Shown here in pieces: positions 46,933 to 57,593 of a stretch of DNA of 64,000 nt. The stretch comes from an uncultured virus (IMG/VR IMGVR_UViG_3300016457_000183) (taxonomy: Duplodnaviria; Heunggongvirae; Uroviricota; Caudoviricetes), in the IMG/VR virus record IMGVR_UViG_3300016457_000183; one strand, 5' to 3'. Under the pieces are notes generated by a model, which saw only the letters and a program-made list of their open reading frames with translations, did not search any database and was not told the DNA's origin. Position 1 is the first letter of the stretch; every line of letters begins with the position of its first letter. Both the position numbers and the translations under genes were made by a program.

Positions 46933-47237
46933 TTAGATTAAAGCACGTACTCCAACGAAGTAGCAACCTTCCTCAGATAGTGTAATTGTATACTGTGCCT
47001 CAGAAATGAGATCTGTAGTCACTTCTTGAACTTGGACATCAGAGGCATCTCGCTTGACGTAAACACGATACTTAAGTGAATTGTCCCTGGGGACAGGATT
47101 ACCGTTTGCTAGAATTGTAGGTCCCATGTAACTGTAACTTGATTAACTACGTGCCAATTTACTTGTTGAGCAAGCACAATCACTGAGAAAAGAAAGGCAC
47201 CAATTAAGATTGAAAGAGAGGTTGTCTTTTTTCGTCA
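46933..47237 (-). pseudogene. Frameshifted paralog of 52141-52617
   Basis: Signal peptide and VTVTWD in one frame, PTILANGNPVP...LKYRVY...FVGVRA in another. Confidence 0.7.
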
Positions 47238-47255
47238 AACCTCCTAAGTCCTTCC

Positions 47256-47579
47256 CTAATCACGAATATAAAGCACAAACTCACCCCACACAATACCATG
47301 TGGGTGAGATGGGTCGTAAACGATTAATCGAGCAATAAATCTACCCGTTGGCAACGTACCAGTGTACCTATTTAGGTCAATCACAACCCTTCCCCTTTCC
47401 AGTGAACCCGCCCACTGTATCAGTCCGGGATAATCTTCAGTTGAAAGAGTAGTAACCCCCTTGATCTCCAGTTCCATCTTCGTAACTGGGGAAAGGTCAA
47501 CAACTGAGTTATTAGACTTCAGAAGCAAATCTATGCTATTGTCATGCCCTAAGTAGAAGACTTCGACTATCATCTTCAA
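47256..47579 (-). CDS. Hypothetical virion protein
   Basis: Beta-rich ORF in the tail region. Confidence 0.55.
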   Translation of the reverse strand: MKMIVEVFYLGHDNSIDLLLKSNNSVVDLSPVTKMELEIKGVTTLSTEDYPGLIQWAGSLERGRVVIDLNRYTGTLPTGRFIARLIVYDPSHPHGIVWGEFVLYIRD

Positions 47580-47627
47580 AAAGTCTCGTATCGCAAATTA
47601 ATTTAAAAAATGTGAAAGCGCGTACTA

Positions 47628-48434
47628 TTAGTCCATACTTATGTTGAAATCTCCAGCGGGGAACCGGTAAGTATCTCCATCGCCGACTTCCTGATCTGTT
47701 ACTCCGTTATCGTAGAACAACACGTTACCTGCACTCGAAGCGTCTACCAAGGCAGTGGCTACTATAGTACCCCAAGAACCCCCTGAAGCAGGGCCCACAT
47801 CAATGTTATCCGCGTTCTCAATAGCCCCATTCGAAACTGTTCCCCAAGCAGGAGAGCTACCTCCATTGGGATTCACTAACACTCTAGAGTAGCCATTTCC
47901 TGGCGGTTCAGAAATAGTTGACCCTGTGTCACTATCACTAATAGTAGCAGTAGTTAGAGCTACGTAAGTAGAAGGCGGTGTGTAGGTTTGGTTACGAAAT
48001 ACAAAATCAAGTAATGCGTTGGCAAGGTAGCTGGAAATGTACCCTGCAGTGAATTCTATATACACTTCACCTGACGCTATCGAAGGAGTGTTGCCTTCAT
48101 AAACTGTCTTAGCAGACGCCAATTCGCCATACGCTAACATATTACCACCTGTACTAGCATCAAAAAGAGCCCAGTGAGTAATAGTACCCCAATCAGCGGT
48201 GGCCTGAGGAAACTCAACATCCGTGTTTTGAACCACTCTCCTATTAGAAGCTGCTCCAAATGTAATAGGTTGCCTAGCATAACCACCTCCAGATGGTTCA
48301 CTCACTCCAGAACCATCATCTTGAGGATCTGCAGTAGACAAAGCTATGTAAATAGTAGTAGGTGGTGTGTACGTATTCTGATTAAGAACATGATCTAGTA
48401 ATGCATTCTCTAAATAATTTGATAGTGATCCCAT
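47628..48434 (-). CDS. Tail-fibre-associated structural protein with two tandem domains
   Basis: S.YL.NALLD...Y.AL.TA...E..G.GY.R...WGTI...D....GN.L repeated twice. Confidence 0.75.
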   Translation of the reverse strand: MGSLSNYLENALLDHVLNQNTYTPPTTIYIALSTADPQDDGSGVSEPSGGGYARQPITFGAASNRRVVQNTDVEFPQATADWGTITHWALFDASTGGNMLAYGELASAKTVYEGNTPSIASGEVYIEFTAGYISSYLANALLDFVFRNQTYTPPSTYVALTTATISDSDTGSTISEPPGNGYSRVLVNPNGGSSPAWGTVSNGAIENADNIDVGPASGGSWGTIVATALVDASSAGNVLFYDNGVTDQEVGDGDTYRFPAGDFNISMD

Positions 48435-48436
48435 TT

Positions 48437-51088
48437 TTAAACCTCCTCTATGGTTCGCCTCGGCGTAAGCGATTCTATAGTTGTGTCTACAATCAAACCT
48501 AACATGGTAGTGATCAACTCAACCGCTCCAGTTAAGGTCGTACTATCTACTCCCAAAGATGTCGATCTTAGTACCCTGAGCAACACATCCGCAGTAATGG
48601 TGTTAGAGGTAATATCTATAGCAAGTGCCTTTAGAATCGCGAGAGCTGCTTGAGCAACCTGAGCAGTGACTACAATCTCTACTTGCCCAACTTTAACGAT
48701 TATTAGCCCGACGCTGTTCGACGACGTAACAGCGGCCTGAATAGCAGAAGTAACAGAGCGAATCAGCTCGAGTACCACAGCGTGCGAAGCGGTTTGAGTT
48801 TGAACTTCAGTTGAAATCAGTCTTAATATCGAGAACTTCGCATTACCAGTAAGAACTTGTGAAACAACATCAGCGGCTGCTTTTATGAGCGCGGCAATAG
48901 AAAGTTCAACAGAATCTGAAGAGGTAGTCTTAACTTCGGTTAGTGTTAACAACTCGCGTAGTACATTCGAACTAACTTCACTGGTAGTAACAGTAGTTAC
49001 AACGTTGGCCGCAGCAATAAGCACTTCGACTAACAACAAGACAACGTCATCAGCAGCCAGTGTTTGGACTGAGGTAGCACTCGAAACAGGTCTTAGCACT
49101 CGTAGCGGAGCTGTTGAACCACTTGCTTGACTTAAAATATTAACGAGCACTTCTCTCAATAACTCAAGAGGTACATCGCCCGTGCCAGTAGTCGTTTGAA
49201 TATGTGATACGAGAGCTCGTTTTATTGCCAGAGAAGTAGTTGAAGGTATAACTAGCGCAAGAATGTTTGAGACTGCTGTGATCAACTGCGCTAGGAGAAG
49301 TTCGGCGTCGTCGGGAGTTGACGATTGTGCGGTGATCGAGTTTAAAGCAATCCGTAGAACGTTCAATGTCGTAGGTGACGTAACAGTGTGACTCAAAACG
49401 TAGGTAAACACCCTTTTCAGTAGTCGAAGTACTACACTGTTGGAGTCCGTCAACACAGAAGCGCTCGTTACAAGTGACCGGAGTACCAAGAGACGTGGCG
49501 TGTTAGTACTTGTTCCAGTGACAATGTTCGCGATCGCTGTAAACAGCTCGGCCAGCGAAAGTATGACTTCGTCAGAGGCGTCGGATTGCAAGGGTATATT
49601 TGCCAGCAACTCCCTAACTACGTGTAAGTGAATCAGAGCTGATGTAAAAGACTGCGCTTGTAGCGAGCTTGTGAGATTCCTCAAAACTCTGAGGGCAGTA
49701 GTGCTTGCGTACGACTGAATTGGCTCAGAACTAGTTACACGGCGTAGTACTGAGAGAGCACCACTCGGAGTAAACGTACCAACCTGAGATTGTGTTAAAG
49801 CGTTCCTCAGTATATCTAAATGAAAGATGCTAGAGTCAGAGACTGGGAGTACGTTACTTAACAGCGACCGTAAGATGACTAAATCCGAATCGGCAGTAGT
49901 TGATTGACTACTTACACCGACCATCGCTAGTTTAGTTAAAGAGAGGATAATCTCGTCAGTAGAGGAACTAGGTTGAATGTTTGAAGTAAGGGTAAGGAGC
50001 AGTCCTAAGTGGGAAAGAGAAGTAGTGCTTAGAGAACTGAGGGAAGCTGATATACTCCTGAGTACGCTAAACGACGTGGCCGGAGTGAGAGACGCTAATA
50101 GTATATCAGCTATAGCTGTAAGTACTCCTCCACCTCCGCTCACATATTCATCCACTCCAATATCCCAAGGAGCAGAGCGAGTTTCACCATCGATGTCGTC
50201 AGTGAAAGCTAAATAAGGATCAGATGAAAGGTCTGTACCTGCGTCTCTAGCTACTGTATCAGAAGCATCAAGGTGAAAGTCGCCATTAGCTGCGTCTACA
50301 AAAGTGACCGTAGCATTATGGATTGAATTTGGTCCTGGAGCTGTATCATCTGACGAGATGTTGAAATCTGAATCAGAGTCGAAAACTCCAACAAAACAAG
50401 TAGTACAGTCAACAATGTTGTTGATAGCTCTGCAATACCCTGATGATCCACCATCTACACCAGTACCACAGTTGATAATAGTATTGTTGTATAAGTAGTA
50501 ATAGTCGTTTCCACGAATGGCATATTGAGGTATGTCATAAAAAAGATTATTGACCAAATAAATTTGTACAGCAGAATTATCACAACTAATTCCAGTATTT
50601 ACTGTTCCACCAGCATTCTCTCTACAGAGGATACATTTTTCGACCCGCAGATAACGGCTTGTGTAATATGTATGTATCAACAACTGAGACCCTGTCGATC
50701 TCGTTCCTTTCATCTGTAAGCCAATAAGTCTCACATACTCTTCTTGTATGTCAAAAATAGTTCCTTCGGAGAGCACAAGCCTGTACTTTGTGTCATCCCA
50801 TTTCCCTGGGTGTCTGTACCCCTGATCTGGATCGGTCCAAATCCTAATGTAGTGATCCGAGTCTACAGAAGTCCATCCATCAATAGTAACTGCACTATCA
50901 TCCTCATCCCCAGTTGAACACCTACAATCAGCAACAGCGATCAAGTCCGCTCCCACAAGGTCACCGTCTCCAGACATAGAAGGGTAGTTCGACTGGGTAC
51001 AGCTCCCGAAGTCTGCTTCCCAAGCAGCTAGAGATGAGTAATCTCCACTTCCTCCTGTATCGACTATCTTTACAACTTCAGTTGCCAT
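48437..51088 (-). CDS. Large virion protein with beta-helix N-terminus and Ser/Thr/Leu-rich repeats
   Basis: DYSSLAAWE, YNNTI, DFHL...D.G...DIDG..R...WDIG; repetitive C-terminal 560 aa. Confidence 0.7.
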   Translation of the reverse strand: MATEVVKIVDTGGSGDYSSLAAWEADFGSCTQSNYPSMSGDGDLVGADLIAVADCRCSTGDEDDSAVTIDGWTSVDSDHYIRIWTDPDQGYRHPGKWDDTKYRLVLSEGTIFDIQEEYVRLIGLQMKGTRSTGSQLLIHTYYTSRYLRVEKCILCRENAGGTVNTGISCDNSAVQIYLVNNLFYDIPQYAIRGNDYYYLYNNTIINCGTGVDGGSSGYCRAINNIVDCTTCFVGVFDSDSDFNISSDDTAPGPNSIHNATVTFVDAANGDFHLDASDTVARDAGTDLSSDPYLAFTDDIDGETRSAPWDIGVDEYVSGGGGVLTAIADILLASLTPATSFSVLRSISASLSSLSTTSLSHLGLLLTLTSNIQPSSSTDEIILSLTKLAMVGVSSQSTTADSDLVILRSLLSNVLPVSDSSIFHLDILRNALTQSQVGTFTPSGALSVLRRVTSSEPIQSYASTTALRVLRNLTSSLQAQSFTSALIHLHVVRELLANIPLQSDASDEVILSLAELFTAIANIVTGTSTNTPRLLVLRSLVTSASVLTDSNSVVLRLLKRVFTYVLSHTVTSPTTLNVLRIALNSITAQSSTPDDAELLLAQLITAVSNILALVIPSTTSLAIKRALVSHIQTTTGTGDVPLELLREVLVNILSQASGSTAPLRVLRPVSSATSVQTLAADDVVLLLVEVLIAAANVVTTVTTSEVSSNVLRELLTLTEVKTTSSDSVELSIAALIKAAADVVSQVLTGNAKFSILRLISTEVQTQTASHAVVLELIRSVTSAIQAAVTSSNSVGLIIVKVGQVEIVVTAQVAQAALAILKALAIDITSNTITADVLLRVLRSTSLGVDSTTLTGAVELITTMLGLIVDTTIESLTPRRTIEEV

Positions 51089-51089
51089 T

Positions 51090-51632
51090 TTACTTAGCCA
51101 GCTTCGCTAAGGTTGCTGATATTTTCTGAGGTTTGTCTGTTACGCTGATTTTGTCACTGGTTACTTCAGCAACTACCTCACTTTGTAGGATGTCCTCAAT
51201 ATCTTCAATGTTGATCCTATGTCTGCGCCTGGCCACAACGTGTCTGATAGGTTCTATTCTTGTTACGATTTGGTAACTAGGAGATAAATCGTGGTCTTGT
51301 AATCTCTTCAGAACAGCATCAGCTAGGGTTTGGCAAGTCTTAGATGCTGTCTCTGCATCAGGACCTTCTGCCATTACTCCTAATTCAGGAGACTCAGCAA
51401 TGTACCGATTTCCCAGCACAATTTCATCTTCCTTTGTCAAAAACTTTAATTCATCGACTTCTTTGTCAGGCACACACAGAATGTAGAACTTATTCTTGTT
51501 CAACTCTTCTTTCCCCCATTTCCATCCATCTGGCTTCACAACTACAACGTCACCCTTTTTGTAGCATCCGCGTAAATCTTTTATTGGATCGGGGTTTGTC
51601 GTATCACTAGACTTGACTAATAGTTCGGCCAT
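51090..51632 (-). CDS. Hypothetical virion-region protein
   Basis: AELLVK...KGDVVVV.PDGW.WG.EE. Confidence 0.6.
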   Translation of the reverse strand: MAELLVKSSDTTNPDPIKDLRGCYKKGDVVVVKPDGWKWGKEELNKNKFYILCVPDKEVDELKFLTKEDEIVLGNRYIAESPELGVMAEGPDAETASKTCQTLADAVLKRLQDHDLSPSYQIVTRIEPIRHVVARRRHRINIEDIEDILQSEVVAEVTSDKISVTDKPQKISATLAKLAK

Positions 51633-51888
51633 TTTTTCGGACCTCCCAATTGAAGATAATAGCTGTAATACAGTTGTACCCTCGTGTAAAGCTCTGCCGA
51701 TGATTCAAAGCGGTCTGACTCACCTAATGAAGTACCCTAAGTGCTGTAGGTCTTACTGGACCGGGTCTGGGAGTGGCGCTAGTACGTGCTACTCCCAGAG
51801 CGTGACTAACAAACACGAAAAAAGCACAAGATTAAAGCGATCACCAGCCTCGTAAACACTCTTCTACCCCCTAATGCGAGTTAGTATT

Positions 51889-52104
51889 CTATTGTTGACT
51901 CCCTTTCTTAGCAGAACCTCTTGCCAGAGAGTAGCCAAATGCAGCTGCTACAACTCCCACTACTCCGGCTAGTTGAGTAATCGCTTGAGTTACCACAGAA
52001 GCTTGCTCAGGTGTAAACACACCTAGAGCCGCAAGCAGGGCAATTGCTTTCGCTGTTACAGTTACCCAAAACTCAGTAGTTTTGTATCCTGGTTTAATCT
52101 CCAT
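51889..52104 (-). CDS. Holin-like small membrane protein
   Basis: KPGYKTTEFW followed by two TM helices. Confidence 0.7.
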   Translation of the reverse strand: MEIKPGYKTTEFWVTVTAKAIALLAALGVFTPEQASVVTQAITQLAGVVGVVAAAFGYSLARGSAKKGSQQ

Positions 52105-52140
52105 CTTAACTACCTCCTGTTTTAGAATTTAGTGTGCTTT

Positions 52141-52617
52141 TTACCATCGATGATGCCAAAGCTGGCCCCATCGAGGTCTTCGCCCCAATATAGTTATCAA
52201 CTTCGAGGAATAGTTACGCATCCCGAACGTACGACCATTAGCTGCTACTCTAAGGTCGTACGACCACGCGATAGGTGATTCACTAATTTGAACTCCGTTA
52301 GAATCGTAAAGTACTGCACGTACACCAATAAAACAAAAGTCAACTTTAGGAGGAGCGAACGTAAATTGAGTCTCTGTAATAGGAGCAGAAGTAATCTCTC
52401 GCGGAGGAGACCCAACTCTTCGAATGTAAACCCGGTACTTTAAAACAGCATCAGTTGGAATCGGGTCACCTGTAGACAGCACTATAGGAGCGTTCCACGC
52501 GACAGTAATTGTAGAGTCTGAGACGAATTGACGTTTACGCACCCATTGAGCACAAACACTTGTTGTAAAAATCGCCAAGAGCAATATACTAATTGAAAGG
52601 ACTTTCCTGACCATCAC
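52141..52617 (-). CDS. Secreted FN3-like protein
   Basis: Signal peptide; ITVAWNAP...YRVY...GVRA...ES. Confidence 0.6.
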   Translation of the reverse strand: MMVRKVLSISILLLAIFTTSVCAQWVRKRQFVSDSTITVAWNAPIVLSTGDPIPTDAVLKYRVYIRRVGSPPREITSAPITETQFTFAPPKVDFCFIGVRAVLYDSNGVQISESPIAWSYDLRVAANGRTFGMRNYSSKLITILGRRPRWGQLWHHRW

Positions 52618-53082
52618 TTATCGATCCACAGTTATCCCCAATAGAATTGTTACAGTACCTCCGGAAGTCCCAGAAGTTTCAACCACCTCAAACTGCAAAT
52701 ACTTCGTCATTGCACCCAAATCAACTGGTATAAACAAATGGCCGTCGCTCTCCGGACCAGAAGTAGAAGTAAGCTCAGTCGCAATATCTGGGACTCCTTC
52801 GGGGGTTCTGAAAAACTGTTCATCGAGACTGCACTTCTCCTTAATAGTGTAAACACCTCCTCCAGTAATCGTCACTTGTAACGAAAAGTACCCTGTAGCG
52901 CGTAGTTTATCAAGATCGAGGACTCGAGTGGAAACAACTTCACCAGCAGAGAAATGCTTGTTGTTTAGCAAACTAAGCCAAGTAATCCGATTCTTCGCCA
53001 GGCAAAGAGAACTGTTCATTAAAAACAACAATAATACTCCTATTAAAACTCTTTTCACCAATTTAACCCCCTTTAATAACAT
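52618..53082 (-). CDS. Hypothetical exported protein
   Basis: N-terminal signal peptide. Confidence 0.55.
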   Translation of the reverse strand: MLLKGVKLVKRVLIGVLLLFLMNSSLCLAKNRITWLSLLNNKHFSAGEVVSTRVLDLDKLRATGYFSLQVTITGGGVYTIKEKCSLDEQFFRTPEGVPDIATELTSTSGPESDGHLFIPVDLGAMTKYLQFEVVETSGTSGGTVTILLGITVDR

Positions 53083-53486
53083 TCCAGAATTGTCAAATGA
53101 AACTTATCAAAGTCCTTCATAACCTCCATAAACCTCTTGAACGTCTTACCCGAATTCAGCACAGCTCTATCACCGTGTAACTTCCCATAATGTTCCGCCA
53201 AAAGAATGCACCCAGCAGTATCTTCAACTTCATTGCCCGGATGGAATAGAATACCAACACGGCCCGGTACATTTGTAACTATGAAAGTCTCCCCAAACCG
53301 GCTAGAAACGTGCCTTCTACATATGTACTGCTGTGCGGGAATACATGAAACTCCGGGCATATTGAATCGGTCCGCAGGTTCGAGAGTCACACAAAAGACT
53401 TGCTTCTGAATACGAAGCACTCCAAAGGTGCCGTAAGATTCATTCTCCTCTAGCCTTACAATTTCAACAACAGGATACTCTATCAT
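53073..53486 (-). CDS. DUF5675-family protein (candidate endolysin)
   Basis: TFGVL...CVTLE...SCIP..QY...VPGR.GILFHPGN...DTAGCIL. Confidence 0.8.
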   Translation of the reverse strand: MIEYPVVEIVRLEENESYGTFGVLRIQKQVFCVTLEPADRFNMPGVSCIPAQQYICRRHVSSRFGETFIVTNVPGRVGILFHPGNEVEDTAGCILLAEHYGKLHGDRAVLNSGKTFKRFMEVMKDFDKFHLTILECY

Positions 53487-53498
53487 AAGCTACCTCCT

Positions 53499-54347
53499 CT
53501 AATCATTCAAAACTCCGCAACCACCGGTCTTACGGAGCTCTCCTAGTAATTCGTTAATTTTCGCTTTTAAAGCATCACAGTAATCAATAGTCCCTATCAA
53601 GACAGAGTGGATAGAAGTAACATCAGCTCTTAACGCATTATAGTCACTCTTTATCTCGTTTACCAGAGGTACAAGATCGTTATATTTGGATTTCAGATCG
53701 TTAATCAAGTCTCTCTCATTCGCGTCATACGTTAAGTCTGCGTCTCCTAAAGTAACAGCCGCAGCATCGGCATAGGTAACTGCAGTAGACGTAATAGCAG
53801 ATGGGTCGCTCTGGGAAGCATCAACATCAATCACCTGAGCGGTTCCAAAGCTGTCACTTGCCCCTACTATATGTAAACCTCCTACTTCTGCCGTCCTAGT
53901 GCTAGCAAAGTCGCACCCCAAAGATACGAGCAGGAGTGTGGTTGAAGAAACAGCAATCCCAACACATTGAACTATATTCGACCCAGTAGGCCGTGTAGAA
54001 GTAATCCCTCCATTTGTACCTACGAAATACTTAGACCCAACTGTAAGACCTGAAAACAGCGCGGCACGCCCGTCAAACTGTATCCACACATCGTTACCTG
54101 CAGATGCATCCTTATAGACAAACCCTACACAAGGCATGGTACTGTCAGAAGTATTGCTAGCTCTATAAGCCCTTTGATCACTTGCGATATAAACAGCTTG
54201 TCCTTTAGAGAGGTTTTCTCCAGCTGTAACCGAATAACAAGGAGCACCGATTGCATCTCTTACTTTTTGAGTGTTTCCTGTGCAAATAGCATCCCATCCA
54301 ATTACATTCCCCATCTCCTCAAACTCGTAAGGCTCTAAGAATCCCAT
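53499..54347 (-). CDS. Virion/tail-fibre-like protein
   Basis: AGENLSKGQAVY...GLTVGSKYFV...G.A.S.T.L then coiled coil. Confidence 0.6.
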   Translation of the reverse strand: MGFLEPYEFEEMGNVIGWDAICTGNTQKVRDAIGAPCYSVTAGENLSKGQAVYIASDQRAYRASNTSDSTMPCVGFVYKDASAGNDVWIQFDGRAALFSGLTVGSKYFVGTNGGITSTRPTGSNIVQCVGIAVSSTTLLLVSLGCDFASTRTAEVGGLHIVGASDSFGTAQVIDVDASQSDPSAITSTAVTYADAAAVTLGDADLTYDANERDLINDLKSKYNDLVPLVNEIKSDYNALRADVTSIHSVLIGTIDYCDALKAKINELLGELRKTGGCGVLND

Positions 54348-54359
54348 CTACTAACCTCC

Positions 54360-56699
54360 TCAGCGTAGTACTGTTAGTTCAACAGTGTCCGCCTCACATA
54401 CGTTGTTCCTTGGCGTAATTTTAATCGTGAAGTTCTTGTTAAGCACGCCGTCTGAAGATTGCAGCGCGGACGTGTAGTCATACGACGTAGTTGTGCCATC
54501 TAATATCTCTTCTCTCACCTGCGTGGTACCATCATAAATCTCTAACCGGATCTGGTCATAATCAGGAGTAGGATCCTGTGGCTTTTGCTGACTTGGGAAA
54601 TGAAACCCCGCCCCATCTCTAGATTGGTTCCTCCAACTAATGCTGACGTCATCGCCCGAAGAAACGCGGTGATTATTACCTTGCTCATTAACCTGGAGAT
54701 TACAGATTGGCAATGGCCTAAAAGGATTACCCTTGTACGTAAAGGAGTCTGTCTCCGCGTGTTCTGTATCGTCGATTTCCGCTCCAAGGAAGTGATGTCG
54801 AGGGGTCATGTCAATATCGAGGGTTTGGTTAGCAAGAGGCGCAAACGTATTTCTATCCGTAGTAACGGGAGAGTTGTAATTCAGATAGAACACGTCAGTT
54901 CCAGCAGCATGTGAAGAGATGATTGTCTTGAAGAATCCCCTGATTACTCCTACAAAATGGTATCCACTCTCATCTACACTTACATCTCTAACAGAAATTA
55001 TCTCGTTATTGATCAGTAATAACAAAGAACCAGCGAACCAACCAGCATCACTAGATCCAAGTAGTGAAAAAGCGACGTCACTAGTAACATCGATCTGATA
55101 AGTCCTAGAAGTCTTATGAGTAACAGGAACATCGTGAGTTAGCGTCCCTAAGTAGTTAACCAAAATCTCTGCCGTAGAAAGCTCTAAAGAGTCGTAACTC
55201 AAGGTTATCGAGAAACCTTTTAAGTAAGGATTGCTTAAATCAGGTTTACACCAGAAGTAAACACCTCCAATTGGGTTTTCGAGATAACCCCAGGAAATCC
55301 AACTACTCTCGAAGTCCTGCGTAACTACTCCTGGACCAACAGAAGGAACGTCTGACATGTCAACAGGTTCTGCTTCAACAAGTTCTATAGCCTCAAGCTC
55401 GTAAACGCCCACTCCCTTTCGAACAATTGATGTAACCCTAAATGTACCCGTTACTCCAAACTGGTCAGAATCAATCTCAATGATTTGGTAAGGTTCGATA
55501 GACACAGTAGTCGTGAAAGTAGCTTTAATACGGGGGAACGTAACCTCAGTCATCTTACGATCAAGCACTTTCTTTGCAATAGTATCAGAAGCAATAATCC
55601 TATAACTAAACTCGTTTAGTTTAAAATTACCTGCAACTGCTTCGGTACCGTGGTCAACCTGATAAATCCAGTTCGTCTCATAATCATTGTGAGGATCAAT
55701 CCACTCCAGCGAAGCTGCACAATGAACTGCGGTCCAAAGATTCCCCTCGAGTGACAAGTTGTCAATGTCATCATCAGTTAAAGTCAACGTTGCAGCCCCT
55801 GTATTTCTAATTACCTTAACGCAAATTTTGTTTTGATACCAATAAAGCTTGGCCCCGCACCAATCTAAGATCTCTCTTATTACCTGTCCTAGGTCGGCTG
55901 AAGTTGAAACTACATATGAACCTCCAATTCCCTCCGACGCAAGAACATTACCTGCCTCTATAAACGAATCTTTATCGACCAAACTTTCCGGGATGTTCAA
56001 ATACCATCGATTCGTTAGAATGTAGTAAAGGACTTGCATCAAATTAGCGTCATCTCCAACTTTCTTCCCAAGTGAAGTCAAGGGCTGAACGAACCTTTTC
56101 AACTCACATTGTGGGTGGATAGGAGATGGAGATTGTCCTAAACAAATATTTAGTGTAGCGTACGCCACATTGCGATAGTTCAATAGGTCGGAACTGTCAT
56201 GAAGAGCGGTGTCGTGAGAATGTCGAGTTTGCGTAGACGTACCATAGTACCAATAGCCCCCGAGGTACTTACCTCGTTCACTCTGATCGCACCCCGAAGA
56301 AGGGTGATCTACATCCACTCGAGTGGACTCAAGGATTAGCTTCGTAAACTCATCGACCGGGCCTATAGAAAAGGCCCAACGAGCAACCATCACGTAGGTG
56401 TAATAGGTAATTTCTGCCTTAGCCTTACCAGAACCTACCTTCTTCTTATGTTCAACCTCTTGAAATGACCGCTTGAAACGACCATATGCCTCTACTTTAG
56501 GAACCATATCAATCATTACGCCAGCAACCTGGCCCCTTCCAAAAACAGAGGGAATCGCCAGCCCAACTCGGTTGCGAGGAATCTTTACTTCATTAGCACT
56601 TTGGTCGCCCGGACTGTCCTCAGTCTTAGGTGGCCCCGCCAAAAAGTAGCTCGCGAGAAACAACGCCGCATAAATTGCTAGAGTTGCAAAGACCGCCAT
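54360..56699 (-). CDS. Tail tip / host-specificity protein
   Basis: G.AIP.VFG, YRNVAY; position after NlpC/P60 and BR0599 genes. Confidence 0.75.
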   Translation of the reverse strand: MAVFATLAIYAALFLASYFLAGPPKTEDSPGDQSANEVKIPRNRVGLAIPSVFGRGQVAGVMIDMVPKVEAYGRFKRSFQEVEHKKKVGSGKAKAEITYYTYVMVARWAFSIGPVDEFTKLILESTRVDVDHPSSGCDQSERGKYLGGYWYYGTSTQTRHSHDTALHDSSDLLNYRNVAYATLNICLGQSPSPIHPQCELKRFVQPLTSLGKKVGDDANLMQVLYYILTNRWYLNIPESLVDKDSFIEAGNVLASEGIGGSYVVSTSADLGQVIREILDWCGAKLYWYQNKICVKVIRNTGAATLTLTDDDIDNLSLEGNLWTAVHCAASLEWIDPHNDYETNWIYQVDHGTEAVAGNFKLNEFSYRIIASDTIAKKVLDRKMTEVTFPRIKATFTTTVSIEPYQIIEIDSDQFGVTGTFRVTSIVRKGVGVYELEAIELVEAEPVDMSDVPSVGPGVVTQDFESSWISWGYLENPIGGVYFWCKPDLSNPYLKGFSITLSYDSLELSTAEILVNYLGTLTHDVPVTHKTSRTYQIDVTSDVAFSLLGSSDAGWFAGSLLLLINNEIISVRDVSVDESGYHFVGVIRGFFKTIISSHAAGTDVFYLNYNSPVTTDRNTFAPLANQTLDIDMTPRHHFLGAEIDDTEHAETDSFTYKGNPFRPLPICNLQVNEQGNNHRVSSGDDVSISWRNQSRDGAGFHFPSQQKPQDPTPDYDQIRLEIYDGTTQVREEILDGTTTSYDYTSALQSSDGVLNKNFTIKITPRNNVCEADTVELTVLR

Positions 56700-57196
56700 T
56701 TCCTAAACGAAAATCCTCCCCACGAGATTGCAAAGTCAAACTTAAACACAGGTGTGATAGTAACACACTCTTTCGGGAAAGATGTAATAAACTGACCTCC
56801 TACAAACAGAGCACTCTCAACGTCAAAATTTCTTCCTATAATTCTTAACACCCAGTCCCCACACTTCAAGTCTGCTGGGTTAGTTGTTTCAACAAGTCGT
56901 CCACCACTCCCTTCCTGAATAAACGTTTTGAATTTATGTACACCCTCTTTCCTTAGAATCCTAAGTACCGTTGTAGTATGAATTACTTTGAACTGATCCT
57001 CCGAAATCAAACCACTCTCTTGTGCTATACGTAATGAGACTCCAAAGCAGTCAATTCCCTTAAGAGAAGTACCCCCGAGCTTGAAAGGGGTATTAACCCA
57101 CTTCTGTGCTAACTGATAATAATAACAATTCTCACACTTCACAAGGACACCTAAAATTGACTTTAGAAATTTTGTAGTCAAATTCAAAGTTAGCAA
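56678..57196 (-). CDS. NlpC/P60-like tail assembly protein
   Basis: WVNTPF.LGG...GIDCFG; start uncertain. Confidence 0.7.
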   Translation of the reverse strand: MLTLNLTTKFLKSILGVLVKCENCYYYQLAQKWVNTPFKLGGTSLKGIDCFGVSLRIAQESGLISEDQFKVIHTTTVLRILRKEGVHKFKTFIQEGSGGRLVETTNPADLKCGDWVLRIIGRNFDVESALFVGGQFITSFPKECVTITPVFKFDFAISWGGFSFRKWRSLQL

Positions 57197-57593
57197 CCCA
57201 CTGAACTCCGGTTACAGGTCTAGCAACGAGAAACTTATCGGACACATAGACTGCGGCGAACATCTCTCTATAGCGCCCAATGTCTCGCACCACAATATCT
57301 CCGCACTTCACACTTTTATCTCCAGTTACCACCATGTAATTGTCACCAAAAGTATGCGCCAGTTGCCGTAAGAACTCTTGATGGTTTTGACGAAATAGTT
57401 TGAGCATTCGCGCGCTGTAAATATCTAGAAACGTTTCCTTAGGAAGTAGACCTACATCTACCAAGATCGAAAGAGGCGCACTCACACAATCAGCCCCCCT
57501 ACCTTTAACACAATCCCTGAGTTTAAATGGGGTACCAATCCATTCATTAGCCTTCTCAAAGAGTACGCAATTGTAGCACTTACTTCTTTCCAC
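57132..57593 (-). CDS. NlpC/P60-like tail assembly protein (paralog)
   Basis: WIGTPF....VKG.GADCV. Confidence 0.7.
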   Translation of the reverse strand: MERSKCYNCVLFEKANEWIGTPFKLRDCVKGRGADCVSAPLSILVDVGLLPKETFLDIYSARMLKLFRQNHQEFLRQLAHTFGDNYMVVTGDKSVKCGDIVVRDIGRYREMFAAVYVSDKFLVARPVTGVQWVANFEFDYKISKVNFRCPCEV

